A stretch of DNA of 32,138 nt from Candidatus Rokubacteria bacterium RIFCSPLOWO2_02_FULL_72_37 (GTDB taxonomy: Bacteria; Methylomirabilota; Methylomirabilia; Rokubacteriales; CSP1-6). The notes beneath the pieces were generated by a model. The model had not been told where the DNA came from, did no database searches, and saw only the letters and a program-made list of their open reading frames with translations. The DNA lies in the NCBI GenBank assembly GCA_001790315.1, contig MGCE01000030.1, positions 2,585-34,722 of the forward strand, given 5' to 3'. Of the stretch, positions 1-7,591 are shown piece by piece. A program made the translations under genes and the position numbers. How positions within the stretch are numbered: the first letter of the stretch is position 1; the number at the start of each line of letters is the position of its first letter.

Positions 1-773
1 TTGAAGCTCGGCCCTCGCACCTCGATCAGGAGTTTGTGAGCCGGCAGGCAGAAGTCGTAAAGGAACGCGGAGACGGGCAAGGCGAACAGGTGCACGTACT
101 CCACGCCGAGCCGGTCGAGGATCGGCTTCAATTCCGCTTCGCCGAAGCCGGTCACACCGCGCCGAGCACCCGCCGTGATCTTCGCCGCAAGTGCAACCCG
201 GCCCCGGTACCGCTCATCCGGCGTCAGGTGCTGGATCTTCGCGAGCCCGGCGGCGACCAGTTCGCGGGTCCGTTGGTTGGCCCTGCGGGCGATCGTCTGA
301 GCGTCTCGCCGCCCGCTCGCGTACTGGGCCTTCATCGCGAGGCGGATCCGTTCTCGCGTTGCCTCGCTGTGCAGGATTCGCTTGTTATTACAGCGCGGGG
401 AGCACGTCCGATACGACCGGCTCTCGTACCGGTCGTACCGGACGAAGTATGTCCGCCCGCAGACCTCACACACGTCCCCGAGCGTCTTGAGGCGATCGCC
501 CGCTCGAATCTCGTCCGCCCGCTTCCATACGCCGTTCACCATGAAGGGGTGCTCCGGGGTGACGGTGACGTGAGTCACCCGACCCGGGCGGTCGCCTGGC
601 CCGATCGAGAGGCGCACCAGGCCGCTTCCCTTGGGCAGCACCTCTTGGGGGCGCACGTAGATCACCTTCCTGAAGCGACCGCGGTGCGTGAGCACCAGAT
701 CGCCGATCCCGATGTCCTTGATCGGCGTGAAGCCGTCCGAGGTGTAGATCAGCACCCTCGGACTGATGAAGCA
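1..773 (-). mobile_element. Intein (N-terminal part) with internal Zn-finger, NUMOD3-like and DUF559-like endonuclease region
   Basis: Where UDG should continue ...VKCRPP, the frame reads [37 protein letters not shown] (block A and N2), VTVTPEHPF (block B TxxH, 549-560) and [13 protein letters not shown] (N4). Then come CEVC...[19 protein letters not shown] and [15 protein letters not shown]...[16 protein letters not shown]. The C-terminal blocks F/G lie outside the window. Confidence 0.9.
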
Positions 774-1157
774 CTTCACAGTGTTGCTGATATAGACTTC
801 CTCGCGCGAGAACCCGACGCCCGGCGCCTCGAGCATCTTCGTGAGGAGCTGGCCGGCGCGCCCGACGAACGGAAGCCCCTGCGCGTCCTCGTCGGCGCCC
901 GGCCCTTCGCCGATCACCACGAACTCGGCGCGCGGATCGCCGGCGCCGAACACGATGGTCGTGCGCCCCTCGCAGAGCTTGCACCGGCGGCAGCCCTGGA
1001 GCCCACGCTCCTGCGCCGCGAGCGCTTCGGGGGCGGACAGGAGCCACTCGCCGGACAGGGCGCACTCGGTCACGCCGAGGTCCCGCCAGTGGCGCAGCGT
1101 CTCGCCGAGGGCGGCCACGGCGTCGGCGAGCGCCTCGCGCGCGGGTTCCAGCGCCAT
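1..1157 (-). CDS. Family-4 uracil-DNA glycosylase (UdgA-like), intein-containing, 3'-truncated by the window edge
   Basis: Not in the ORF track; translated by hand from ATG 1157 with no stop down to position 1: [10 protein letters not shown]...[54 protein letters not shown]...[11 protein letters not shown]|C. It has the CxxC Fe-S motif and the GEGPG and PFVGxAG motifs of family-4 UDG. Starts 5 nt after the coaBC stop. Confidence 0.92.
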   Translation of the reverse strand, partial: MALEPAREALADAVAALGETLRHWRDLGVTECALSGEWLLSAPEALAAQERGLQGCRRCKLCEGRTTIVFGAGDPRAEFVVIGEGPGADEDAQGLPFVGRAGQLLTKMLEAPGVGFSREEVYISNTVKCFISPRVLIYTSDGFTPIKDIGIGDLVLTHRGRFRKVIYVRPQEVLPKGSGLVRLSIGPGDRPGRVTHVTVTPEHPFMVNGVWKRADEIRAGDRLKTLGDVCEVCGRTYFVRYDRYESRSYRTCSPRCNNKRILHSEATRERIRLAMKAQYASGRRDAQTIARRANQRTRELVAAGLAKIQHLTPDERYRGRVALAAKITAGARRGVTGFGEAELKPILDRLGVEYVHLFALPVSAFLYDFCLPAHKLLIEVRGPSF

Positions 1158-1162
1158 GCGGG

Positions 1163-2383
1163 CTAGGCGGGCGTCGTCTTGTGGGTGGCGCTCGCGCGAA
1201 GCGCGACGATGTGCCCGAGGATCGCGTCTGCGACGGCGGCTTTCGACATCCGCGGCAGCGCGCGGGTGCCTCCCCAGCGGTCGAGCAACAGGACCTCGTT
1301 CTCCTCCGCTTCGAAGCCGATGCCCTGCTGGCTCACGTCGTTCGCGACGAGCAGATCGATGCCCTTGTGCTCGAGCTTCGCCCGCGCGTGCGCCGCGACG
1401 TCGCGCGTCTCGGCCGCGAAGCCGACGACGAACGCGCCGGCCCGCCGCGCCGCGACCTCCGCGAGGATGTCGGGGGTGGGGGTGAGCTCGAGCACGAGGT
1501 CGCGCTTCCCCTTGATCTTGTCGGGCGCCACCTGCCGCACGCGATAGTCGCCGACGGCGGCGGCCTTGATCACGATCGTGGCCTGGGCGAGGTGATGGAG
1601 CACGGCCTCACGCATCTCCTCGGCGGTCTGGACCGGGACGAAGACGGCGCCCGCCGGCGGCGTGAGCGCCGTCGGTCCCGAGACGAGCGTCACCCGGGCG
1701 CCGCGGCGAAGCGCCGCGGCGGCGAGGCGGTAGCCCATCTTGCCCGAGGAGCGGTTCGAGATGTACCGCACGGGGTCGATCGGCTCGCGGGTCGGACCCG
1801 CGGTGACGAGCACGTGATCGCTCTCGAGATCGCGGGCGGGCGAGAGGGCGCCGAGCAACGCCTCGACGATCCTCTCCACCTCCGGCAGACGGCCCTTGCC
1901 CGAGAGCCCCGAGGCGAGCACGCCCGCCTCGGGTTCGAGGACGACGATGCCGCGCGCCCTGAGGGTCGCGACGTTCGCGGCGACCGCCGGATGCTCCCAC
2001 ATGCCCCCGTCCATCGCCGGGGCGATGAGCACGGGCGAGCGCGCGGCGAGCAGGAGCGTCGTCAGGAAATCGTCGGCGATTCCGTGCGCCGCCTTCGCCA
2101 GGAGGTTCGCGGTCGCGGGCGCGACGAGGATCGCGTGGGCGCGCTCCGCGAGCCCGACGTGCTCGACCGCGTCCGGGCTCTGCGGATCGAACAGATCAGT
2201 GAGCACGGGCCGGCCGGACAGCGTGCGGAACGTCAGCGGGCCGACGAACGCGCGCGCGTGGTCCGTGAGGCACACCGTCACCTCGGCGCCGAGGGCGGTG
2301 AGCTCACGGAGCAGGTAGACCGCCTTGTACGCGGCGATGGAGCCCGTGACGCCCAGGATCAGCTCGCGCCGGGCGAGGCTCAT
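1163..2383 (-). CDS. coaBC: Bifunctional phosphopantothenoylcysteine decarboxylase / phosphopantothenate-cysteine ligase
   Basis: [20 protein letters not shown], and [25 protein letters not shown] and VGFAAET motifs; 406 aa. Confidence 0.97.
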   Translation of the reverse strand: MSLARRELILGVTGSIAAYKAVYLLRELTALGAEVTVCLTDHARAFVGPLTFRTLSGRPVLTDLFDPQSPDAVEHVGLAERAHAILVAPATANLLAKAAHGIADDFLTTLLLAARSPVLIAPAMDGGMWEHPAVAANVATLRARGIVVLEPEAGVLASGLSGKGRLPEVERIVEALLGALSPARDLESDHVLVTAGPTREPIDPVRYISNRSSGKMGYRLAAAALRRGARVTLVSGPTALTPPAGAVFVPVQTAEEMREAVLHHLAQATIVIKAAAVGDYRVRQVAPDKIKGKRDLVLELTPTPDILAEVAARRAGAFVVGFAAETRDVAAHARAKLEHKGIDLLVANDVSQQGIGFEAEENEVLLLDRWGGTRALPRMSKAAVADAILGHIVALRASATHKTTPA

Positions 2384-2595
2384 GCCTTGGCGGTTTCTCC
2401 CTCGTCCTTGACGCGATACTCGACCTTCGCCGCCGCGATCTCCTCGAGGGATGTGCTGGTCGGCTTCTTGTGGCGGGTCTCCACACGAGCCGGTGCACCG
2501 CGGTTCAGCTGACGGGCGCGCTTGGCGGACAGCACCACGAGCAGGTAGCGGTTCGAGACCTTGTTCAGCGAGTTCTGCAGCGAGGGGAATGCCAT
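2380..2595 (-). CDS. rpoZ: RNA polymerase omega subunit
   Basis: C-terminal 71 aa of track ORF 2380..3144 from ATG 2595: MAFPSLQNSLNKVSNRYLLVVLSAKRARQL...KPTSTSLEEIAAAKV. Lies between gmk and coaBC and overlaps both. Confidence 0.95.
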   Translation of the reverse strand: MAFPSLQNSLNKVSNRYLLVVLSAKRARQLNRGAPARVETRHKKPTSTSLEEIAAAKVEYRVKDEGETAKA

Positions 2596-3209
2596 CAGTC
2601 GGGCACCTCCAGATCGGGGAATGTGAGCGCGAGGCGGCTCGCGCGGCAGCGCTCGGCCTGGATGATCGAGGCGAGCTGGTCCATCGCTTCCTTCACGTCG
2701 CGGTTCACGATCAGGTAATCGTAGCGACGCCAGAGCGCGATCTCCTCGCGCGCGCGCTGGAGGCGCCGGGTGATCTCGGCCTCGGCGTCCGACTTGCGCT
2801 CGCGCAGCCGCAGCTCGAGGTCGTGCATGGACGGCGCCACGATGAAGACGAGCACGGCCTCGGGATAGCGTCCCCGGAGCTGCTCCGCCCCCTGCGTGTC
2901 GATGTCCAGGAGGACGTCGCGCCCCGCGGCGAGCGCCTCGTCCAGCACCCGCGCGCGGGTGCCGTAGAGATTGCCGTGGACGGTCGCCCACTCGGCGAAC
3001 TCGCCACGGACGAGCATGTCGCGAAACGACGCTTCCGACACGAAGACGAAGTCGGCGCCGTCCAGCTCGCCTGCGCGGGCCGGTCGGGTCGTCACCGACA
3101 CCGAGTACGCCAGATCGCGCAGGAGCAGCCGGACCTCGCGGCACAGCGTGGTCTTTCCCGCACCCGACGGCGCCGAGACGACGACCAAGGTGCCGTGGCG
3201 CCTAATCAC
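2595..3209 (-). CDS. gmk: Guanylate kinase
   Basis: SAPSGAGKTT P-loop, SVTTRPAR, FAEWATVHGNLYGT and LDIDTQGA motifs. Confidence 0.97.
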   Translation of the reverse strand: MIRRHGTLVVVSAPSGAGKTTLCREVRLLLRDLAYSVSVTTRPARAGELDGADFVFVSEASFRDMLVRGEFAEWATVHGNLYGTRARVLDEALAAGRDVLLDIDTQGAEQLRGRYPEAVLVFIVAPSMHDLELRLRERKSDAEAEITRRLQRAREEIALWRRYDYLIVNRDVKEAMDQLASIIQAERCRASRLALTFPDLEVPD

Positions 3210-3483
3210 CGGCCGGGCCCCGGTCCGTGGCGAGGCGCTGCGCGAGCGTCGCGGGCTCGAGCGAGGAGAGGATCAGGTGGTCGCTCCCGGTCACGATCAC
3301 GGCACGGGTGCGGCGGCCGTTGGTCGCGTCGACGAGCTTGGTGCTGCCCTTCGCGCTTTCGATCAGGCGCTTCACCGGCAGGGAGTCGAGGCCCACGATC
3401 GCCACGATCTGCTCCGCCACAACGACGTTGCCGTGGCCCACGTTCACGAGGTGCGTCGACGGACGGCCGTTCGGCTTACTCAA
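3202..3483 (-). CDS. remA: DUF370 / RemA-family protein
   Basis: LVNVGHGNVV...LVDATNGRRTRAVIVTGSDHLILS; sits in the conserved yicC-DUF370-gmk-rpoZ-coaBC order. Confidence 0.9.
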   Translation of the reverse strand: MSKPNGRPSTHLVNVGHGNVVVAEQIVAIVGLDSLPVKRLIESAKGSTKLVDATNGRRTRAVIVTGSDHLILSSLEPATLAQRLATDRGPAGD

Positions 3484-4390
3484 GGTTCTGCACCTGCTCG
3501 CGCATCTTCTCGATCACGCCCTTGGCCGCGAGCGCGGCCTGGCTCAGCTCGAGGTCGTCGGCCTTCGAGGCGATCGTGTTCACCTCGCGGTGGAGCTCCT
3601 GCACGAGGAAGTCGAGCGCCCGCCCGACCTGGCCGCCCGCGTCCAGCACCTGCGCGACCTGCGTCAGGTGCGCACGCAGGCGTGTCAACTCCTCGCGCAC
3701 GTCCGTCTTGTCGGCCCAGATCGCGACCTCGGTGAGGATCCGCCCCTCGTCCACGGTCGCCACACCGAGCAGGGTCCGGATACGCTCCCGCAGCCGCTCC
3801 TCGCGGCGCGCCACGGCGGCGGGCGCGCGCGCCTCGATCAGGTCCACCTGGGCGCCGAGGTCGGCGCCGAGCTTCCGGAGCTCGACGCCGAGCGCCTCGC
3901 CCTCGGTCCGCCGCCGCGCGACCAGCTCGTCGAGCGCGCGGCCCAGCGCTTCGACCAGGACGGGCTCGCAGGTTGCCTCGGCCGGCGCCTCGGCCTCCTC
4001 GGCACGCAGCACGCCGGCCCGCTCGAGCACCCACGCGAGCGTCACGTCCCCCGGCACGCCGACCTCGCGCCCCAGTTCCCGCGCGCGCGCGACGTACTCG
4101 GCGGCGAGCGGCGCGTCGGCCCGGACGCGCTGGACCGCCTGGCCCGGGCCGGGCGCGATCTGCACCGCGACGTCCACGCGCCCTCGCTCCAGACGCGACT
4201 GGATCAGGCGTCGCGCCTCGGGCTCGAGGGCGGCCAGCGCGCGCGGCAGCCGGAGCGCGACGTCGAGGTGCCGGTGATTGACCGAGCGCGCCTCCACCGT
4301 GAGGCTGACCCCCTGGCCCGCTGCGTCGCCCCGGCCGAATCCCGTCATGCTGGACAGGCGAGGAGCCGGGGCGGTGCGGGTGGACGCCAT
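3476..4390 (-). CDS. yicC: YicC/YloC-family endoribonuclease
   Basis: SMTGFG, RSVNHRHLD, GRALDFLVQELHREVNTIASK and C-terminal EKMREQVQNLE. Start placed at ATG 4390; the track's 4504 start runs through the promoter region. Confidence 0.93.
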   Translation of the reverse strand: MASTRTAPAPRLSSMTGFGRGDAAGQGVSLTVEARSVNHRHLDVALRLPRALAALEPEARRLIQSRLERGRVDVAVQIAPGPGQAVQRVRADAPLAAEYVARARELGREVGVPGDVTLAWVLERAGVLRAEEAEAPAEATCEPVLVEALGRALDELVARRRTEGEALGVELRKLGADLGAQVDLIEARAPAAVARREERLRERIRTLLGVATVDEGRILTEVAIWADKTDVREELTRLRAHLTQVAQVLDAGGQVGRALDFLVQELHREVNTIASKADDLELSQAALAAKGVIEKMREQVQNLE

Positions 4391-4396
4391 CCAGTG

Positions 4397-4426
4397 ATCA
4401 TAGAGCGAAATCTCCTGTAGTGTCAA
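4397..4426 (-). promoter_or_regulatory. Sigma70-type promoter for the yicC operon (probably leaderless)
   Basis: Minus strand TTGACA (4426-4421), 18 nt, TATGAT (4402-4397), 6 nt, ATG (4390). Confidence 0.7.
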
Positions 4427-4436
4427 TATGTTGCGA

Positions 4437-4466
4437 TTGACACGGCGAGAGCCGCCGGCATACACT
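4437..4466 (+). promoter_or_regulatory. Sigma70-type promoter for the ABC transporter operon
   Basis: TTGACA (4437-4442), 18 nt, TACACT (4461-4466); GAGGAGG Shine-Dalgarno before ATG 4519. Confidence 0.7.
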
Positions 4467-4518
4467 GCTTCGCCCGGGTCGAATCGAAGCCGGACCCGGC
4501 TCACGAGGAGGCATCGAC

Positions 4519-5592
4519 ATGAGGGTCACCCGTCGCAGGTTCCTCACCACCGCCGGCGTCGCCGGGTTCACGCTCGCCGGAGCCCGTGTCTTCGGTGTCG
4601 CCCGCGCCGCGGGCAAGCCGGTCACCATCTCGCACAGCGTCTCGACGTTCGTGTACGGGCAGCACCTCGTCGCGAAAGAGAAGAAATACTTCGAGCAGGA
4701 GGGGCTCGACGTGCCGGGCTTCATCGTGCCCGGTGGCGGAGCCAAGGTCGTGCAGGCGCTGGCGGCGGGGCAGGCGATGTTCGCCCTCGGCGACTCGAAC
4801 CATCCGCTGAAGATCACCGAGAAGGGCAAGGACGCGCTGATGATCTTCGCGACCGACCGGCGCTGCACGTACGCGAACATCGTGACGCGCAAGGAGCTGT
4901 GGGACAAGGGTGTGCGGTCCGTGGAGATGCTCGCCGACGTGAAGCTCGTCGGCCGCAAGGCGGTCGTCGCGGCGACGGCGATCGGGTCGGGCACGTACGT
5001 CTACGGCAACTACGTCCTGAAGCAGACGAAGGCCGCCGACGGCAAGCCCGTCAACGACCATGTCGACTGGGTGGGCGGGGGCGCGTCGACGACGATCCTC
5101 GGCGGGCTCAAGGCCGGCAAGTTCGACGCGATCATGGCTGTGCCCGAGTGGCAGTGGGCGGCGGAGGACGAGGGCTTCGGCAAGGCCATCTTCGACGTCC
5201 AGGACGAGGCGACCTGGAACCGAGTGTTCGGCGGCTCGATCCCGGTCACGGTCGGCTACGTGCTCAAGGAGACGGTCGAGAAGTCGCCCGACCTCGTCCA
5301 GGGGTACGTCAACGCCACCTACCGGGCGCAGCGGTGGATCAAGGCGGCGAAAGATGACGAGATCGCGGAGCTGATCCACAAGCCGTACATGGACACCTTC
5401 AAGCGCGAGGTCGTCCTGCGCTCGATTCGGTACTATCGGACGGTGTTCGACTGGGACTTCGCGATCGAGGAGAAGGATTACGCGACCGGCATGAAGGTGT
5501 GGGTGCCGCTCGCCCTCGCGAAGCCGATCCCCTACGCGCAGGCCGTGGACATGAGTTTCGTCCGGAAGGCCCGGGCCAAGTACACGTCCTGA
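4519..5592 (+). CDS. ABC transporter substrate-binding protein, NitT/TauT (NMT1/SsuA-like), with Tat signal
   Basis: N-terminal TRRRFL twin-arginine motif, YFEQEGLDV and GGGAKVVQALAAG; followed by TauB/TauC-like genes. Confidence 0.88.
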   Translation: MRVTRRRFLTTAGVAGFTLAGARVFGVARAAGKPVTISHSVSTFVYGQHLVAKEKKYFEQEGLDVPGFIVPGGGAKVVQALAAGQAMFALGDSNHPLKITEKGKDALMIFATDRRCTYANIVTRKELWDKGVRSVEMLADVKLVGRKAVVAATAIGSGTYVYGNYVLKQTKAADGKPVNDHVDWVGGGASTTILGGLKAGKFDAIMAVPEWQWAAEDEGFGKAIFDVQDEATWNRVFGGSIPVTVGYVLKETVEKSPDLVQGYVNATYRAQRWIKAAKDDEIAELIHKPYMDTFKREVVLRSIRYYRTVFDWDFAIEEKDYATGMKVWVPLALAKPIPYAQAVDMSFVRKARAKYTS

Positions 5593-6377
5593 ACGCGGGA
5601 CGTTCGCGCATCGTCATCCGGGGCCTCGTGAAGACCTTCCGCGAGGAGGGCCGCGAGGTCCCGGCCGTCCGGGACGTCTCCTTCGAGATCCGTGACAAGG
5701 AGTTCGTGGCCATCGTCGGCCCGTCCGGCTGCGGCAAGTCGACGATCCTCAACATGATCGGCGGGCTCGTCGCGCCGACGTCGGGCAGGATCGAGATCGA
5801 CGGACGCGCCGTCACGGGCGTTCCGCCGAACGTCGGCTACGTCTTCCAGAAGGACACGGTCTTCCCGTGGCGGACTGTCGCGCGCAACATCGCGCTCGGG
5901 CTGGAATACCGCGGCGTCACCGGCACCGAGCAGGAGCGGCGCGTGCGCGAGGGGATCCGCCTCGTGGGGCTCGAGGGCTTCGAGGAGGCCTACCCCGCGA
6001 CGCTCTCGGGCGGCATGCGTCAGCGCGTCGCGCTCATGCGGACGCTCGTCGTCGACCCGGAGATCCTCCTGATGGACGAGCCGTTCGGCGCGCTCGACAC
6101 GCACACGAAGCTCAACCTCCACGCCGAGTTGCTCGCCCTCTGGGAGGCCAAGCACCAGACCGTCGTCTTCGTCACGCACGATCTCAGCGAGGCGATCACG
6201 CTCGCCGACCGGATCGTGGTGATGACCCGGCGTCCCGGGCGCGTGAAGATGCTCTACGACGTCGCCCTCCCTCGGCCGCGCGACGTCATCAAGCTGCGCG
6301 AGTCGGAGGAGTACGCACGCGAGTACGGCCAGATCTGGCACGTGCTGGGTGAGGAATTCGCCGGGGCACGCCTGTGA
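5589..6377 (+). CDS. ABC transporter ATP-binding protein, NitT/TauT family (start uncertain)
   Basis: GPSGCGKS, LSGGMRQR, LLMDEPFGALD and FVTHD motifs. Start is either CTG 5589 (overlapping the upstream TGA) or GTG 5499. Confidence 0.92.
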   Translation: MNAGRSRIVIRGLVKTFREEGREVPAVRDVSFEIRDKEFVAIVGPSGCGKSTILNMIGGLVAPTSGRIEIDGRAVTGVPPNVGYVFQKDTVFPWRTVARNIALGLEYRGVTGTEQERRVREGIRLVGLEGFEEAYPATLSGGMRQRVALMRTLVVDPEILLMDEPFGALDTHTKLNLHAELLALWEAKHQTVVFVTHDLSEAITLADRIVVMTRRPGRVKMLYDVALPRPRDVIKLRESEEYAREYGQIWHVLGEEFAGARL

Positions 6378-7189
6378 AGGAGCGTGGCGCGATCCTCGTC
6401 TGGCGCCTGCTCATCCTCCTGACGCTGCTCGGCTCGTGGCAGTGGCTCACGGGGATCAAGGCGATCTCGAGGACGCCGGGGTTCTACTGGATCGATCCGT
6501 TCTTCGTCAGCCGGCCCTCCGAGATCCTGAAGCGTTTCGTGTATCTGGCGTCCGACGAGGTGCGGCTCACGATCTGGCAGATGGCGCTGTCCACGATCCA
6601 GTCGACTCTCTGGGGCTTCGTCGTCGGCGTCTCGTCGGGTTTCGCCGCCGGCCTGCTGCTCGGCCGTAACGATCGTCTGGCGCGGATCCTCGAGCCCTAC
6701 ATCATCGCGTTCAACTCGCTGCCGCGCATCGCGCTCGTGCCGCTCATCACGATGATCTTCGGCTTCGGCCTGCTGGCGAAGATCGTCCTCGCGTGGACGA
6801 TCGTGTTCTTCATCGTCTTCTTCAACACGTTCCAGGGCGTGCGGTCCGTCGACGCCGATCTGGTTCACGCCGCCAGGTTCCTCGGCGCGTCCGAGCAGCA
6901 GATCCTCAGAACCGTCGTCGTGCCATCCGCGCTCGCGTGGACCTTCGCCTCGCTGACGCCCTCCATCTCGTTCGCGCTGATCGGCGTCGTGGTGGGCGAG
7001 TTCCTGGGTGGTGAGTCGGGCGGTGGGCTGGGCTACCTGATCATCCAGTCGCTCGGCACCTTGAACGCCGCCGACATGATGGTCGCCCTCCTCTCGCTGG
7101 GCGCGATCGGCGTCGTCCTGGCGCTCGGGATCAAGCAGGTCGAGATCCGGCTCCTGCGCTGGCGGCCGGAGTATCGCAACCGCGCGTGA
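6374..7189 (+). CDS. ABC transporter permease, NitT/TauT family
   Basis: Multiple TM segments, PRIALVPL, EAA-like loop LVHAARFLGAS and GVVVGEF; GTGA overlap with the ATPase. Confidence 0.93.
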   Translation: MKERGAILVWRLLILLTLLGSWQWLTGIKAISRTPGFYWIDPFFVSRPSEILKRFVYLASDEVRLTIWQMALSTIQSTLWGFVVGVSSGFAAGLLLGRNDRLARILEPYIIAFNSLPRIALVPLITMIFGFGLLAKIVLAWTIVFFIVFFNTFQGVRSVDADLVHAARFLGASEQQILRTVVVPSALAWTFASLTPSISFALIGVVVGEFLGGESGGGLGYLIIQSLGTLNAADMMVALLSLGAIGVVLALGIKQVEIRLLRWRPEYRNRA

Positions 7190-7548
7190 CGCGCTGGCTC
7201 CTCGGCGCGGTCGGCATCCTCCTCGTCCTGGGCGCCGTGACGATCCTGGTGTCGCGCTGGGCCGGTCGACGGAGCTCGCGCGCCCCCGTGCTCCTCTCGG
7301 TGATCGCGCAGTGGCTCGGCGCCTGGGTCCTGTGGAACTTCGCGGGGGGACTGGCGCTGCGGGCCGGGATTCTCACGGTCTGGGACACGACGCCGTTCGC
7401 GCTGCTCGCGCTGGCGGGCGGCGTGTGGCAGTACCGCGTCGGGGTGCGTGCCGGGCGGGACAAAGGCCTCGCCGTGTTCGTCGGCGGCCAGATCCTCTGG
7501 CTCGTGATCGTGCTCGCCCGCAACGGCGTCCTGCCCACGGGGTTCTGA
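7186..7548 (+). CDS. Hypothetical membrane protein (about 4 TM)
   Basis: 120 aa, strongly hydrophobic, GTGA-coupled to the permease stop. Confidence 0.75.
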   Translation: MTRWLLGAVGILLVLGAVTILVSRWAGRRSSRAPVLLSVIAQWLGAWVLWNFAGGLALRAGILTVWDTTPFALLALAGGVWQYRVGVRAGRDKGLAVFVGGQILWLVIVLARNGVLPTGF

Positions 7549-7591
7549 CGCGCTTCTTGGTGCGCGAACGGACGCCGCGGTAGGCTAGGCC

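Noticed and set aside
760-790. Frameshift or pseudogene explanation for the loss of UDG similarity after SNTVK
   Set aside because: The same frame stays open for another 257 codons and shows ordered intein motifs.
36-1166. 376-aa plus-strand ORF (and 466..1065 minus ORF) at the left edge
   Set aside because: Shadows of the real minus-strand UDG-intein frame, which has clear motifs; these ORFs have none.
1163-4390. yicC-DUF370-gmk-rpoZ-coaBC cluster as a novelty
   Set aside because: A well-known conserved gene order in many bacterial phyla.
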